From NCBI GenBank assembly GCA_022813965.1, contig JALDZS010000040.1, positions 1-64,000 of the forward strand: a stretch of DNA of 64,000 nucleotides. The letters are read 5' to 3'. The notes below the pieces were generated by a model. The model did no database searches. It had not been told where the DNA came from and saw nothing but the letters and a program-made list of their open reading frames with translations. The stretch is from Toensbergia leucococca. Lineage: Eukaryota. Position 1 is the first letter of the stretch, and every line of letters begins with the position of its first letter. The position numbers were made by a program, and so were the translations under genes. Of this stretch, positions 35,531-49,000 are shown piece by piece.

Positions 35531-37196
35531 TCAGGTCAATTCCCAGTCCTTGGGCGCTACAGAATCCACCGGCGCGTACCGTCTACTCTGCTCCACACGA
35601 TCCAACTGATCCTGAGCTTTCTGCTTTGCCCTTTCCCTCATCGCATTCGGCATGACCATAAGCGCTACAAAAAGCGTAAACGGAACAGCAACGACGAAAT
35701 AGACCCAAAAAAGATCATCTCCAGGCCCAAAGTCGCCTCCCAGGCTCAAAATGCTGCACGTAAAGGAGAGTGGGAGGAAGACAGCACCTAGCCAGGTCAA
35801 GCGGTTGATATCTCGACTTTGTTGCTGTGTCAATTGACTGTCCACCCAGTCCAGATGCGTCGTGATGTTATCAGACGTTCGAATCAACGACGATGCCAAA
35901 TCAGTCATTCTTGCTAAAATATACGACCAATCTTCGTATTCATCCATGCGGTCGCGGCATTCCTCAGGAGATTGTAGATTCAGTCGGCGCATTGCACTTC
36001 TTACGTTTTCGGGATAGACACCAGTCCATCGACGGATCCACGTGTTTAGCATTATCTGTTGGCCTTGCATGGCGTGTTGATGGGCCTGAAGCTTACTGAC
36101 GTTGCAAAATTTCCGATATTGTTGCATGTTGCGTTCGAAATCAGATTTCAGATAATTCCTTTGGAGGTATTCCAGTAGAAGCATCCAATTAGCAACGACA
36201 ATCTTCCTAATGAAGCGGGTACTGTCATACGGACTTAGATCGGGGGTGCCGCGAGGATAAGTTTTCCAGTAGTACTCGAAATCGTTGATGGCAGACCATC
36301 GTTTAGGACCATCTGCAGCAAAGTTCATCAGTTCTTGAAAATTTGCTGGATTTTTAGGCCAGGGCATAAAATCTATGTAGCCATTCTGGTAGCGTTTTGG
36401 TGGACCTTTGGATAATTCTACGATATTCGAATAGCTCCCTAATGGATTATCTGTGACATATCTGACAGGCGGATCGAGCAGTAGTAAGGCTATCGTTTTC
36501 AAGCGGAATCAGTAGCTTGTTCAACTTAGACAAGACGGAACCTTGTGAGAAAACAGGGCTCTCACCATCCCACGCATTACCGCCTCCTCGTGACCAGAAG
36601 GTGGCTTTTCTGGCAACAATTCCAATTCGATCGTCTGAGGCTTTGATCTTGCGATAGACATTTGAGTAACAGAATATCTGACCAAATAGTTGTGACCGCG
36701 GAGGAAGATCACGTAGAAGCTCGTAGTAGACAATAGAAAAAGACTGTCCAGGTTTATAGGATGAGGGGAGCTTCGAACCGTTTGACTTGTAGGGTGATTC
36801 GGTATAGGTGGTATCTCTCAGATGCTCGGCAAATACAGATGGATCTATACACAGGTTCTTGCCGATAACCTCGACGTAATTTGCAACGATATCCTCAAGT
36901 ACAAACAATCGGCGCACGGGTGACTGGCCTCTGCCTGCAGAACTCAGATTTGCCACGTGATCTCGAAAGTCGGTAGCATTGAAGAAGCGTTTAGGGATAC
37001 CACGTAAGCCACGATCATCAAATTCGTAGAGTCCGGCTCTTCCGATCTCGGCGTCTTCTGGGCGGGAATGATATTGTCGTTTCAATTCTTTGTAAAAGTA
37101 TGAAAGATTGGGACTTCGGCCTTGCATCGATTCCACAAGCTTGATGTATGAATTCTGATTCTGATCTTTATAACTCGCTCTCCTCGGAGAAGTCAT
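35531..37196 (-). CDS. CorA-like Mg2+ transporter-domain membrane protein, 2 exons
   Basis: RRLFVLEDI...IDPSVFAEHL N-region; intron 36490-36565 gives WDALLLLDPP; C-terminal INRLTWLGAVFLPLSFTCSILSLGG...FWVYFVVAVP two-TM signature. Confidence 0.8.
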
Positions 37197-37857
37197 GCCT
37201 GAAGCTGTAGTTGCTTGCACAAATACAGATACGACAGGCCCAGTCAAAAGCCACCATCAGACGACGGTAGCAAACAGCGGTCGAGGCAATTAGCCAGCGA
37301 CCATTGATTCGTTTTTCGTTCTTTTGCGAGGCTGAAGTTAGCCACCAAGAACACGCCGCTCTCGACAAACATGAGAAGATAGCATAAATGTAGTAAAGGA
37401 GATAGCCGTCTTGCAAGGACTGGAAAATCAAGTTGAGTGAAATATCTAGACCATCGATATAGAATACAAACCCCGAAGGTGAAGCATCATCATGATATAT
37501 ACAGTCAAAGGCTCAAGGATAACATGGCACGAACTACAGAGTGGGGGCGAAATGCGCATACGATTGACGTCGGCCATGATGCGCTGTTAAATAGCTTACA
37601 TAACTCTGCCCTATCAATTTGCCCTAATCTGATAGGCTACATACATATGAGTATAAAATCTAGTGAGCGTTAGTAGTTACAAATAGTGAAAAAGAGCCAT
37701 ATCTAATTCATTCATTGATCTCAGATTACTCTCATTGACCTGTACAAATCGCTCTCAAACATTGTCATGAAGCCACCCGAGCCCAATCGTTGCATCAGAA
37801 CCAAGCCTCCCGTTCAGGAATACATATACTGAGTAGAAGACACATCGTACTAGAGTG

Positions 37858-39102
37858 TCAGGTCATTGTCTTCCCAATTTCACTTCTCCATCCTGCCGCT
37901 CTCTCAAATCCATTGGAATGGCTTTGATAATCTAGCATAGCCTGATAAACTTCTTCTTGCGAAGTCAGCACAAAAGGCCCATATTGCACCACCTTTTGGT
38001 CAAGAGGAAGACCAGCTACGAGTACTATAATAGAGAATATCAGTATCTCCACATGTAGGCTAGAAGGAGAACGTAAGAGCGAGACCTACTGAAACGACCA
38101 TCTTCCCCACTAGTCTTCTCCACCTCGGCTGAAACCGAGTCTCCCTTTTGTTCAAAGACGACATTATGATATTGGCCAACGGTTGTCTGGTCCTTGCCAA
38201 CACCAAAAGTGGTGGAGCCGGAGAGAGTGTAGGCAAATGCATTCCAGCCTACAGGTAACGCCTGTGTGACTTTTCCGCCCGGCTTAACAGTGATGTCGAA
38301 GATCCAGACTGGTGTATAGGCAAGTTCTTGTACGCTATCTGTACCGTGTGATTGACCTGAGATGATTTTAATGTTAACTTTCTTATCGTCGACATCAATG
38401 TTGGGGATTTCCGACGCCCTCAAATCTCGATATCGAGGTTCGCATTTCTTAAGCTTCTCAGGAAGATCAACCCATAGCTGCATTCCCACGTTTGCGCTGC
38501 CGTCAGGGTTTTGCCGTGGCATCTCTGCGTGCATTATTCCCTTTCCAGCTGTCATAAATTGTAGATCTCCCGTCTCAATGGTCCCTTTGTTCCCTGCAAA
38601 GTCCTCGTGGTCGACAGCGCCATTGAGAAGATACGTAATCGTCTCTAGTTTTTGTTAGCAAAAGATAAAAACAATGGAAAAGAGGGAACTTTCCTTGGCC
38701 TCTATGCGGATGGTCAGGAAATCCAGCACCAGGTGAGACGGAGAAATGATCGAGCATGAGGAAGGGAGAGAAGTTGCGGAGTTTGGATGTGCCAATCGAG
38801 CGGCGGACTCGAGCGCCAGCACCTTCTGATTGTTCAACTGCAAGGAAAGCTTGGCGAATTGCACGGGGGGTAGACATATTGGCAGGTTTTTGAGATGCGA
38901 AGAAAGAAGGCGGGGTGAAAACAAGGCCGGGAAATATTGGGTTGGAGGAGGGAGAAAAGATGGTGTCGTTGGACAGTGGGTGGATAAGATGTAGGAGTGG
39001 TAACTGATTTAGAAGGGAGCTGAGCTGGGAGGTAAGCTGAGAACTTGTTGCAAGAAACGTGGCTGCAATGCAAATTGTAAGGGATGAGAGAATCAGCTTC
39101 AT
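37858..39102 (-). CDS. Pirin (bicupin), 3 exons
   Basis: EQSEGAGARVRRSIG, FSPFLMLDHF, GFPDHPHRGQ|ETITY, MTAGKGIMHAEMP, QLWVDLP, PLDQKVVQYGPFV. The core starts MSTPRAIR at 38877; the in-frame upstream ATG at 39102 adds a hydrophobic extension. Confidence 0.92.
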
Positions 39103-39749
39103 GTGCAAGATGAGAGTATATATAGAGAAGAAGAGAGAAGCTTTAGAGGGAGATGTGTATCTCGAAGATTCTCGTTATCAAACGGAACATTAGATCTGTG
39201 CAAGTAGGAGCTACTTGATATGACTCTAGACGAGTATGTAGTATGACAGATGAAGTGTCATATTGATCTAAGCATGATGAACAATTGCTAGTAAAGAGCG
39301 ACTTGATGGCTGATGGACGATTGTGTAAGCACCGTGGCACCCTCGTACCGAGACAGCCTCACCACCTCACGCCACTCATGCCGTTCGGCCCGTATTCTAG
39401 AATATTCCTCGATTCTAGTTTCGGCAATTCGGTCAAATCTGCCGGCGTGCCGGCTTACTAATCATGTTTCTCAGCTGGTGAGCCACACTCGCGAGATTAC
39501 TCTTACCCAGACTCGCAGACTGCCAGACCTTCCCTTCGTCGTCTGCTTCTTGATATTCCCTTCACAATGACTTTTTTAGCCTTTGCACCATATTAGCACT
39601 CCTCCCAATATACTGTCGATCATCTGATCGTACTTGATAGTGCTGTGGAAGCTTGTTTCAGTCGAGTATCGATGAACATACGTCCTACCTGTCACACCAC
39701 AAATTGATTAGAACAATTTCTTCACCAAAGAAAAGTGTGCATGCTGGCT

Positions 39750-40557
39750 ACTAAATGTTCCCAGTATATACAGTGTTCCATAATTATCTCTTTGGAATTT
39801 CAGTCATCTCCTCTGTATCTCTTCTTCCGGCATCCCTCTTTATTGCTTCTCATATACACAGGCCTTCACCTGACTGCACGCATCATACTTCAAGTAACAT
39901 TGGTAACGTTCCCATGCTTGGATGTTGCCATAGTGGGTGCACATACAGATTCGTTGCATCCTATCGATATCATAGAGATGCTCCAAGGCACAACAACTTT
40001 GAAGCCCACCTCCATAGGCCAGAAGTAATCTGGCCTATGTTTCAGCTTGCAAAGTGCGCACTTCAATTTCGTGATTTTTCTCGGAGTCAATTTTAGAGGA
40101 AGCGGGACCGATTTTGGAGAACAAATGAGAAGTGAAGTCTTTTCCAACGCCTTGATACGGTCTTGTTCTAGCATGGCCATTATATTTCATTTTCAGCAGC
40201 GAGAGACATGTCAATCTCAATGAATTTGCAAAAACGACTGACAGTGGCGCTGAGCATCAGAACATTAACATGATCTGAAAATGTAGTAACGCCACTCACG
40301 CGTAAAATGAGACAATCACGCAGGTGGATAAGAGAAGTTGACCCAACTTTTCGGTAGTGGTCGAGATGCTGTTGCCGCGTCGAACGAGAAGCTTTAGCTG
40401 AGTGGGCAGGAAGAGGAGACGTGTTCTTCTCAGAGTCAGTTGCGTGAGTACTAAATTTGACTGCCTCATAGGAGCTTGGGCCGGAAAATATTTTTCCAAG
40501 TAGCGGTAGCTCTGACTTAGTGGTACCAAGTTTTCGTTTCAATGTCGAGAAGACCAT
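39750..40557 (-). pseudogene. Decayed paralog of the adjacent F-box-like Cys-rich gene
   Basis: Colinear fragments MVFSTLKRKL, SLIHLRDCLIL...LMLSATVSRFCKFI, MLEQDRI, KCALCKLK, CMCTHYGNIQAWE, CVYEK, FQRDNYGTLYI match motifs of 41194-42224; contains frameshifts and stops. Confidence 0.72.
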
Positions 40558-41193
40558 GGTCTGAATTTTGCTCTGAGGAGTCCATGGCAAAAGAATTTAA
40601 GAGAACAGGTATAAACTTCTACTCTCCACCCTCGTGCTGTAAGTACTAATGTTCTAAAAAGGATACTCATCCAAAATTTTGTCTTAGATTCGGTGATTTT
40701 GGAGCCAAGACGCTTTCGCCTTGTGAAATTTGGAATGAACTCACCGAGTCATTCTATGCAGAGTCCGGTATCACCCAACTTGGTGAGATTTAAAGAGCTG
40801 AGAGATGCCAACTGACGATCAATCATCTGTCACACAACCATCTAGAGTGTCTAATCAAGGGTCCAGAGAATGCTGAACTTTAGGGTTTTGGTTTTGCCGA
40901 TAGCTTCATAAGACGCTCAAAAAAGATAGGACAAAAAAGGGTTATTGGAAATGAAGTGAAAGGCTAAATTAGTTTCCGTGTGTAAGGAAGCCTCAAGATG
41001 CTAGCCAGAGGAAAGAGCAACTCGCAGCTCCAGCCTGCAACGAATGAGACGATCATGCAATTGGCCAGCTTTCAACAGTATACGCCCTACCGGCTTTGTC
41101 TTTAATTCCTACCTATGCTTCTCTGCGTCGTTATTTCTTCAGAGACATATCTATCCTTTTCTCCATCCAACCAGCATTACCTGCAGTCAAAAA

Positions 41194-42224
41194 ATGCACT
41201 TCTCGACAATTAGACGCAAGTTTAGCCGATCTCGTCGTCCCCAGATTCCTAGCCAGTTCATTGAGAACATCGACCTTTACCACAATCATAAACCTAATCC
41301 TTCTCCTCCTTTCACGACATCGTTGCCGCCCTCACTAAGTCAACTACCAGGCTCTGTTATTCTAAATATCATCCGCCTGCTCGATCCCCCAACCACCATC
41401 CTCCTAAGCTTCACCAATCGCCGCTTTCATTCCCTTATAAAACCCGCGCTAGTGAATCTCACTCCTTGCGAGAAATGGCTAGTCATGACCTACCTAGAGG
41501 AAAACTGGCTCAGCGGCCTCGAACCTGCCCTTCCCACGGACGCCTTCCAACATCCTGCACCCTGGCTTATGTCTTCCGAAATGAAGCACGAGGCCTGGAA
41601 AAGGGCTGAATCAGGCATGATGGTGACTTGTGTTCTCTGCAAAACGAAGCAACTAGCCATGGCCTTCGAGGCCCTAGACCTCCTCAACCCACCCACATCC
41701 CGTCTGTGCAAACAGCACCGGAAGCAACTCGTTCACCCCAATCTAGTCCTCCCGTGGGACCACCAAAGAGACGGCGAAACACGCTCTTGGCGTGTCACGG
41801 CTGGACCACCTCGTCGATATCCACTCGTCACTCCGTCCGCGGCAGCTTTCCAGAGACGCTGGATTTCGACCATGCGAGCCATGTGTACTCATTGCGGCAA
41901 AGTACACGACTGGGAACCATGCGATTGTGAGGACGTATGCTCCACTTGTCCCACGTTACAAGTACGGGTCTACGAGCGCTATAAGCATATGCAGGACACG
42001 CAGGTGTTTGAGTGGGATTTTCAAAAGGAACGGCATGGGACGCTGCTTGTACGGGAAGAAACATTTGGTAAGACATCGATTTTCACTTCTGAGCGCTTTA
42101 AATCCTGGGGTTCAGCCGCCTCTAGGATTTCTGAGCTGTATGGCTAATGTGCTTTTGTGGTGTCGAAGATCCTGCAAGCCCTAGCGTAGTGTCCACGACG
42201 GTGTATCAAATCGAGTATCTCTAG
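41194..42224 (+). CDS. F-box-like protein with Cys-rich (putative Zn-binding) C-terminal region
   Basis: SLSQLPGSVILNIIRLLDPPTTILLSFTNRRFHSLI F-box-like motif; CVLCK, RLCKQH, MCTHCG..WEPCDCEDVCSTC; predicted intron 42068-42168, last exon DPASPSVVSTTVYQIEYL*. Confidence 0.7.
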
Positions 42225-43083
42225 CTTATGTAGCTACGAGCTGTTCCTTTTTTGGGGGTTGTAGACTAGAGCATCCTTGAGCTATACGACTGCGGCAACT
42301 GGACGCTCGACCGAACAAAATAGCTGGGCTCAAGCTACCAACGAAGACGTTTCGATAGTGAGAAGAGGGAGATTGGTGCTAGACTCGTCTTTGTAGCCCT
42401 AGCTCAATAGGTATCCACTCTATGCAGCAATTCCACAGCGCTTTTCCACCCCCTCAGCAAATGACAAAACCTAGAAAAAAACCTCCCAAACTCCATCATC
42501 TTTCCCAAGTCCAAAAAGCCAACTCTTCAAAAGCCAGCTTTCCGATGATGGGGTCCACACCCCCTCTTTTGAGAAAAGCAAAACTAACCCACACCCCCGC
42601 CAAAAAGAAAAAAAGCCCCCCCCACCAACAAACCCCTTTCACCACCATCCCAGAACTCCCCACGAGCCCTTCCTTCCTCCCTAGGTACAAACCCACAGCT
42701 CTCAACTTCATCAGATGTCACCTGACCTCACTCAAGTTTTTTTTTGGGTTGAGATATTTGTGTTTTTAACAGTTTGTTATCTGAGATAAAAAAGACTCGG
42801 AAAAAAAATCTATGTGAGTTCCAACCAATCCACTCTCTCGCCTCGTGATCGAGTTTAAAAGGAAAAAAGGACAGAGAATACAAAAAAAAGAGGAAAATCT
42901 ATATGGCGTACATCCGATTTCCAAACCTTTCTATATGCAATCCCCTCCCCCCCCCGGCCCCAAAACTAATCTCTAAAAATATATACCTATGTCCCTCCCT
43001 CAAATCATTACCAATCCAAGCTATGCAACGAAAACAAAGTAAAATCCTCGCTATTCATCCCAGGAAGACCCCCCCCCAAAAAA

Positions 43084-46000
43084 TCAAGGCTTAAAAAGCT
43101 GGCCTTTTCTGAAAAACACAAAAAATCCACCACAAACCACCACCTGACAAAGCAACGCAACCCAAAACCACGCCTTACCTAACCCGGCCCCAACTCCCAG
43201 ACTAAAATCCGGAAACACGTCCCCGGGACCCGTCTTATCGGGAGCAGTAGCCCTGGCAAGAATGGTAGCCACGCTTCCAATAACCTGGGCCGCAACAAGC
43301 GTAAATGCAACATGGAACCTCGTCAACGTCTGCAGCAAAATCATGCCGAATCCAACTCCTTGCAACGCATCCAATACACCCAGCCACAACCACAGACTGC
43401 GTCCCAGCAAGGCGCCCGTAACCCGTGAGCCCCAGGGAACATAAAGACCGATGTTGGAGGTGGCCCAGAGCATTTGCGACCAACGGGGGCAGCCGAGGCC
43501 GATGGCAAAGATGGGGATGATCCAGGAGTGGTGAGCTGAGAGCTTGCCGAGGATGAGGAGGGCGAGGGCCCATACACCGACGAAGAAGGTGAGGAGGAGG
43601 AGGACGATGGTGTAGGGGGGAGCGTGGGCGGAGGACCAGAGGTAGCGCCAGTTGCGGCCGTAGGGGGCGGAGAGGAAGTAATTTTGCAAGACGACCATTA
43701 GGAAGAACCACTATTTTCCGGGGGCAAGAGGTTAGTATTCTGATTTCTCTGACTTTTTTAATCTTGTGGGGGGGGGGAGGGAGGAGCCTGCTTACGAGGA
43801 CAATCTTTCGGTGGAAAAGAGAAGGGTAAAAGGAGGGGACTTTGCCAGGGTCTTGGCGGTAGTAGTTTGGTAGGCCGAAATAGAGAACTAAGCCTACAGC
43901 GCATAGAAGAATTGCGATCGGGGTGGTGATGGCGGTGACGATTCGGCTTGAGGTGATGAGGCTACTGGTTGTGACGCCTGCGGTTGAGAGCCGTGTTAGA
44001 GAGGAGCCCCAGTACCAGAGGACGGCGACATAGATTTGTTGAGTCCCTTGAATAACGCATGCGCGGAAAGCCCAAGACTCGACGGGTGCGCCACCTGAGT
44101 TACGAACGTTAGTTGATATGGTACTAGTACAATATAAGATTAGAGAGTCATACCTTCGCTCCCGAAATTGAGCGCAAAGAAAAGCGAGCCGCTAGCCGAG
44201 GCCACGGCGTAGATACCCGTGGCAACATTGTACACCCAGCCCCTGCCTGGCGCAGTAGCAGCGTAGGGCCCCAAGCCGAGGATAAAAAATGCAACACCGT
44301 ACAGTATAAATGGAAGGGAAAGCACGTAAATTAGTTTTATGCGCCGGAATAGGAACCACCAGAATACCGAGGCGGCGAGGTAGATGCTGGCAATAATGTA
44401 TAGTTTTTCCGCAGCTTGGCCGTTTTCGCCTGTGAGGAGAGTGATTTGGTAGGAGTTTGCAGCGATGATTTGGCCCTATTGTGGAAGAGAAGAGTTAATT
44501 GAGACGCAATCAGGAGTGGGGAGAGATTCAAGGGGGCTTACAAATGCCAGAAGGAACGAGTAGATTTGCCAGTCGCCTATTTTCCATTGAAGGACTTTAC
44601 GCAGTCCTGTAGGTGGGACGTAATCGTCTCCTAGAAGAAATTCTCCGTTGCCCTCAAGCGAAGCTTCACTTTGGTGACTTGAGTCGCTGTCGTGCCCTGA
44701 TCGACCGGACCAAGGCATCCGGAAGACGGACGAGGCGGGCGTGGATGTCATGGAAAGGCCTAGCTTCACGTCGTGGAAGCGGCCGAACCATTTCTTCTCA
44801 CTTTTGACGAGGAATTCTTCAATGCAGAGCTGGTCTTCCGAGGACTTGCCGTCGATGGTGCCGAGCATTTTCTTAAAGGTTTTGTAGTACGTTGCAGTGG
44901 AATCCGTAAAGAATGGATCCACTTTCTGCAGGTTGTATCCCTTTTCTTCGCCAATAACCGAGTAGAGACTTAGTGGAGTTCTGCTCCGCGGGAGAAGGCC
45001 TTCTTCCGCTGTTGGTGTTCCAGGAATGGATCCGCGTGGAGAGAACGATGGAGAGTATAATTGAGATGAAGGTGGGTGTCCATCATGTATCATGGAACTT
45101 CTTCGACTCATAATTCTACCATCCTGAATCGGACTCGCAAAGTCTTCACCGTGTATAGGGGGTGGTGGCTGTAGACTATCCATATCTCTGACAGTGCCTG
45201 GGATATCTTCAGTATTCTCATTTATCGCATTGTGGGTTATGCTGCCACGATTGTTTCCAGGTAACTCATCGGTACCCCGAGGAGTGTGAATTGAGGACGG
45301 TCTAGATTTTGACAAACGTTTCCTCTCACGACCCGGGGTATGGCCTGGGCCAAAGATTCTGCCTAGGGAAAGCTGCCCATTAGACCCGGGAACAGTCGCC
45401 TCTCGAGTCGGACTGGGCGCTCGACTTGACGGCGCAGTGTTTGGAGCGGTATTAGGTGCGGTGTTTGGCGCAGTGTTTGGTGCAGTATTCGCTGCGGTCG
45501 TAATTGCTGTTGATAGACCACTGAGGTAACCACTCTCTCTGAAATCGTCACCCGTGCTCAAGTGTTTGCTGCGGACCTTGCTAGCTTGTTTGTGGTGAAC
45601 GTTTATAGAAGTGGTCTGCAATGTCTCGAGATCTTCTATCCACTGGGCCACAGGGAAACGTTGCAACAACGAGTGAGCCCTCATCATGGCGCGTGCCTCG
45701 GGTTTAGATCCAATTGCGCTGTGGATTGCCATTTTGAATTGATGAAGTAGATGCTTGGTAGTGGGAGACTCGATAGTATACCACCAACCAGGCATCTGCC
45801 CCAGTCCTCCAACTCTTGAACCGACACCAAGAGCCCCTTTCCGACCGAATTCAACAGCGACCAGCCCGAAGGGTTCATCACGTGATGGAATGAGTGCAAA
45901 TTCAGCGCCGCTGAAGATGTACGGTGGTAAGGCGGTGAATTGAGGTTTCGAGCATACCCGTCCGGGATATTTCTCCATCATTCTTTCTAATTTCAGAGCT

Positions 46001-49000
46001 GCAAATTTACCGTAGAGATCAATGACAGGGCCGATGCATATCAGTTGAGTGTTGCGATTCTCTTCAAGAATGGAGAAAAAGACGTCGGCAATCAAGTCAA
46101 TTCCCTTTTGCTGAGACCATCGACCGACAAAGACGAAGAGTTCGGCCTACTCGGATTAGCATTCGCCAGCAAATATCCTGGGAGATATGACTTACTTTTG
46201 GGTCCTTTTCAAGGCCGGCCCACTCTTGAGCTTGAATTCGAAGATTTCCCCTCTCCGATTCCATCGCTGTCTCGATGACCACGCCCTCGGCTTTGGGCGT
46301 ATTCTTATCCCATTCCCCAGTATCTGTCGGATCAGGGTTTGGCAATGCTCCAATTTTGCTCAATCCCCAGAAGATAGGATATCTGGCATATGAACGTTTT
46401 CCATACTTCTTTGAGACACCCACTGCCCCAAAGCCTTTTTGATGTATGCGAAGATAACTGGCCCCGGCATGAAGCAGATTGAAGACTTCACCAAATTGTA
46501 CGTACTTTTCCACAACGGACTTGCTGAGATTGAAGACTTGACGGATCTCATCCATTTCCTGAGCGGTTCGTATTGACCAAAGACCTTGAAACTCTGCATT
46601 ATGTAATGAGAGGCAGACTGGTACCGTTTTCGGCAAGAGATGTAGAGGAGCAACCGCTCCATGATAATCGTTAATGTGGTATATATCGACTGGAAATCTT
46701 TTAAGAGTCTCAGCAATGCACGTATTCCATGCAGAATAATAAATTGCACTGTCAAGATCGTCCATTCGTGGCGGGTAGGGCTCAGCCTTTGTCTGCTTTC
46801 TGAAGACGGGAGCGTCCAGGAGCACAAAGGTGATGTTGCGGAGAACATGATATTGAACGCCAATTTCATACGAATTGCCTAATATGACAACATTCATTGG
46901 CTCACCAACCTGATCTGTAGGGTAATCAACACCTCCGACACAGGGCACCACCCATATCAGGTCCTGGTGACCGAGATTCTTCCCTGTAAGCGATGCCATG
47001 ACTCCCAGACCGCCAATCTTGATCTTGATATTCCAGTCTTCAATTTCATATTCCATTGTGGCTATACAAACGGTACGGCGATTGGGAGAACCCGTCTCCA
47101 CCGCCAATGCGCTAGTAGATGCGTTAGGCGGCGCTGATAGATCAGTCTTGGAGTCACTGAATATTCCAGCAACGGCACTTCGGAGTACGTCTCGGTCTGG
47201 CATCTTTGGACGGACAAATCCGAGCATGTTGGTCTTCTCAGTAATGCCGATCTCATTGAATTTTACCTTGTAGAAAGATTTCATAAATATCCAAACACCA
47301 AGACAGGCGGTAATCAACGGTATTAAGCCAAGAATTACTGCGAGGACTGCTTGGGTCGCGGCCGAACCAACGGGAATGAACGAGTATTGGTAATTCCCGT
47401 CATTGACTCTTAGCTGATATCCAAGATAGGATTTCGGGGGTACGTGTGAAACGTTTATGACATTTCTCGCAAGACTGTCGGGGGGCACCCAATCCAAGAC
47501 ATTGTCGCCGTCCACGTCTCCGAAGGCTTGTGACTTGTCTGCCGCACCATCAGGGTTCATACCCCAAATGTTCACGATGATTTCAGTCGGCCACTCGGCA
47601 ACTAAATCAAATTTCCACAGTCCATCAGAGTCCATACTCATGTCGTTAGCAAGGCCCCCGTCATAACCGTATTGATTCCATGACCCCTGAACGAACACGT
47701 GAGGCCAACGTCGAGGGGGTAGGTTCTCTCGACCGAGATCGGCGTGCTGAACGTGGTCACTGCTACCAGTCATTGCAGACCAGTAATGGACGATGACATG
47801 GTCGCCGTCCCACTTCTGGAGTTCAGTCCCACTCCAAGCTTGAGGAGTCAGGGTGGTATTCGTCCCAGTATAGTCTGACCAGCTGCTGAAACTAGATCCC
47901 CAATTGGTGGAATAGCGGAATTTATCCGCTCCCGCAGCTCTTGGAGATATATAGAGATCGCCAGTCGTAGAGTTCTTGAGCAGAAGGTTTCTTGTGTAGT
48001 TTGCAGACAATGGGAAAACCATTGGATTGTCCGTCTGGCCAATGCGAAACATAAAGCGGTCGACAGTCTTGACATGTGTTAGCCTCCATCTTCAAATGCA
48101 CTCTAAAGGGGTCGAGGGACTCTCGCATGGCTTACCCCTGTAGCCAGCCCGCCGTCTTTGGTTGTAGCATTATTTACGGTATATGTATGAACCCCATTTG
48201 AAACATTGTCCAACTCCGCGTTGAATATCCACGCGGTTGGAATCTCACCAACATGACGAGGCGGGTCTGCGCTCGCCGTCAAACAGGCAACACTGCTTTT
48301 ATTCAATTGGGCAGTCCGCCCATCTTGAGTCTTGGAAACAATCACCAGGCTGTTAGCAACAGAATCACAGTCCATTTCACTGGAAAAGCGAATCTGTATT
48401 GCCACAGACTCTTGGTCACCAAATGCCACTGTCGATTGCAAGCGTGAGTCGTGACCGGGTACAACTCGAGTAATTGTCGGCGAAGGCGTCAACCATTTGT
48501 CTTTGGGGACCAAAGCTTTGAATTCCCATGGGAGCATGTCAAGCTGTGGAAGACATCCGTTGAACTCGGTAGAATCCTCAATGCCTTGATGTTTGTCAGC
48601 AACAAGTTTCACAGGTAGGCGCGATCACAGCGATCGTTATCAGAATTTTGATTTGAGGACGGATTTTTGGTGGAATTCTTACCAAATTTCTGTTGTGATG
48701 CTTCCAAAGTGTATTCCTCATATGGATAGAACAGGTTTTTGACGGTCGTGTTTGAAGGAAAAGCTGATATCAAAGCCAATGATGCGTTCTTATTTGAACA
48801 ATCGAATGTGTAATTGACCGTCCTGTTCTCATTCTGATAGATGAACCAAACGCCTTGGTTTTCCTGGCCTGTGCCCGTAAAATCTTGAATACCTTCAGTT
48901 CGGCCTCGATATACACTCCAGATACCGTGTGGAGAAGGGAGGCCTCCACTACCAGGTAAGTATATATCATAGGTCTTGGTGGACAGTGTCAGGAGAGTAT

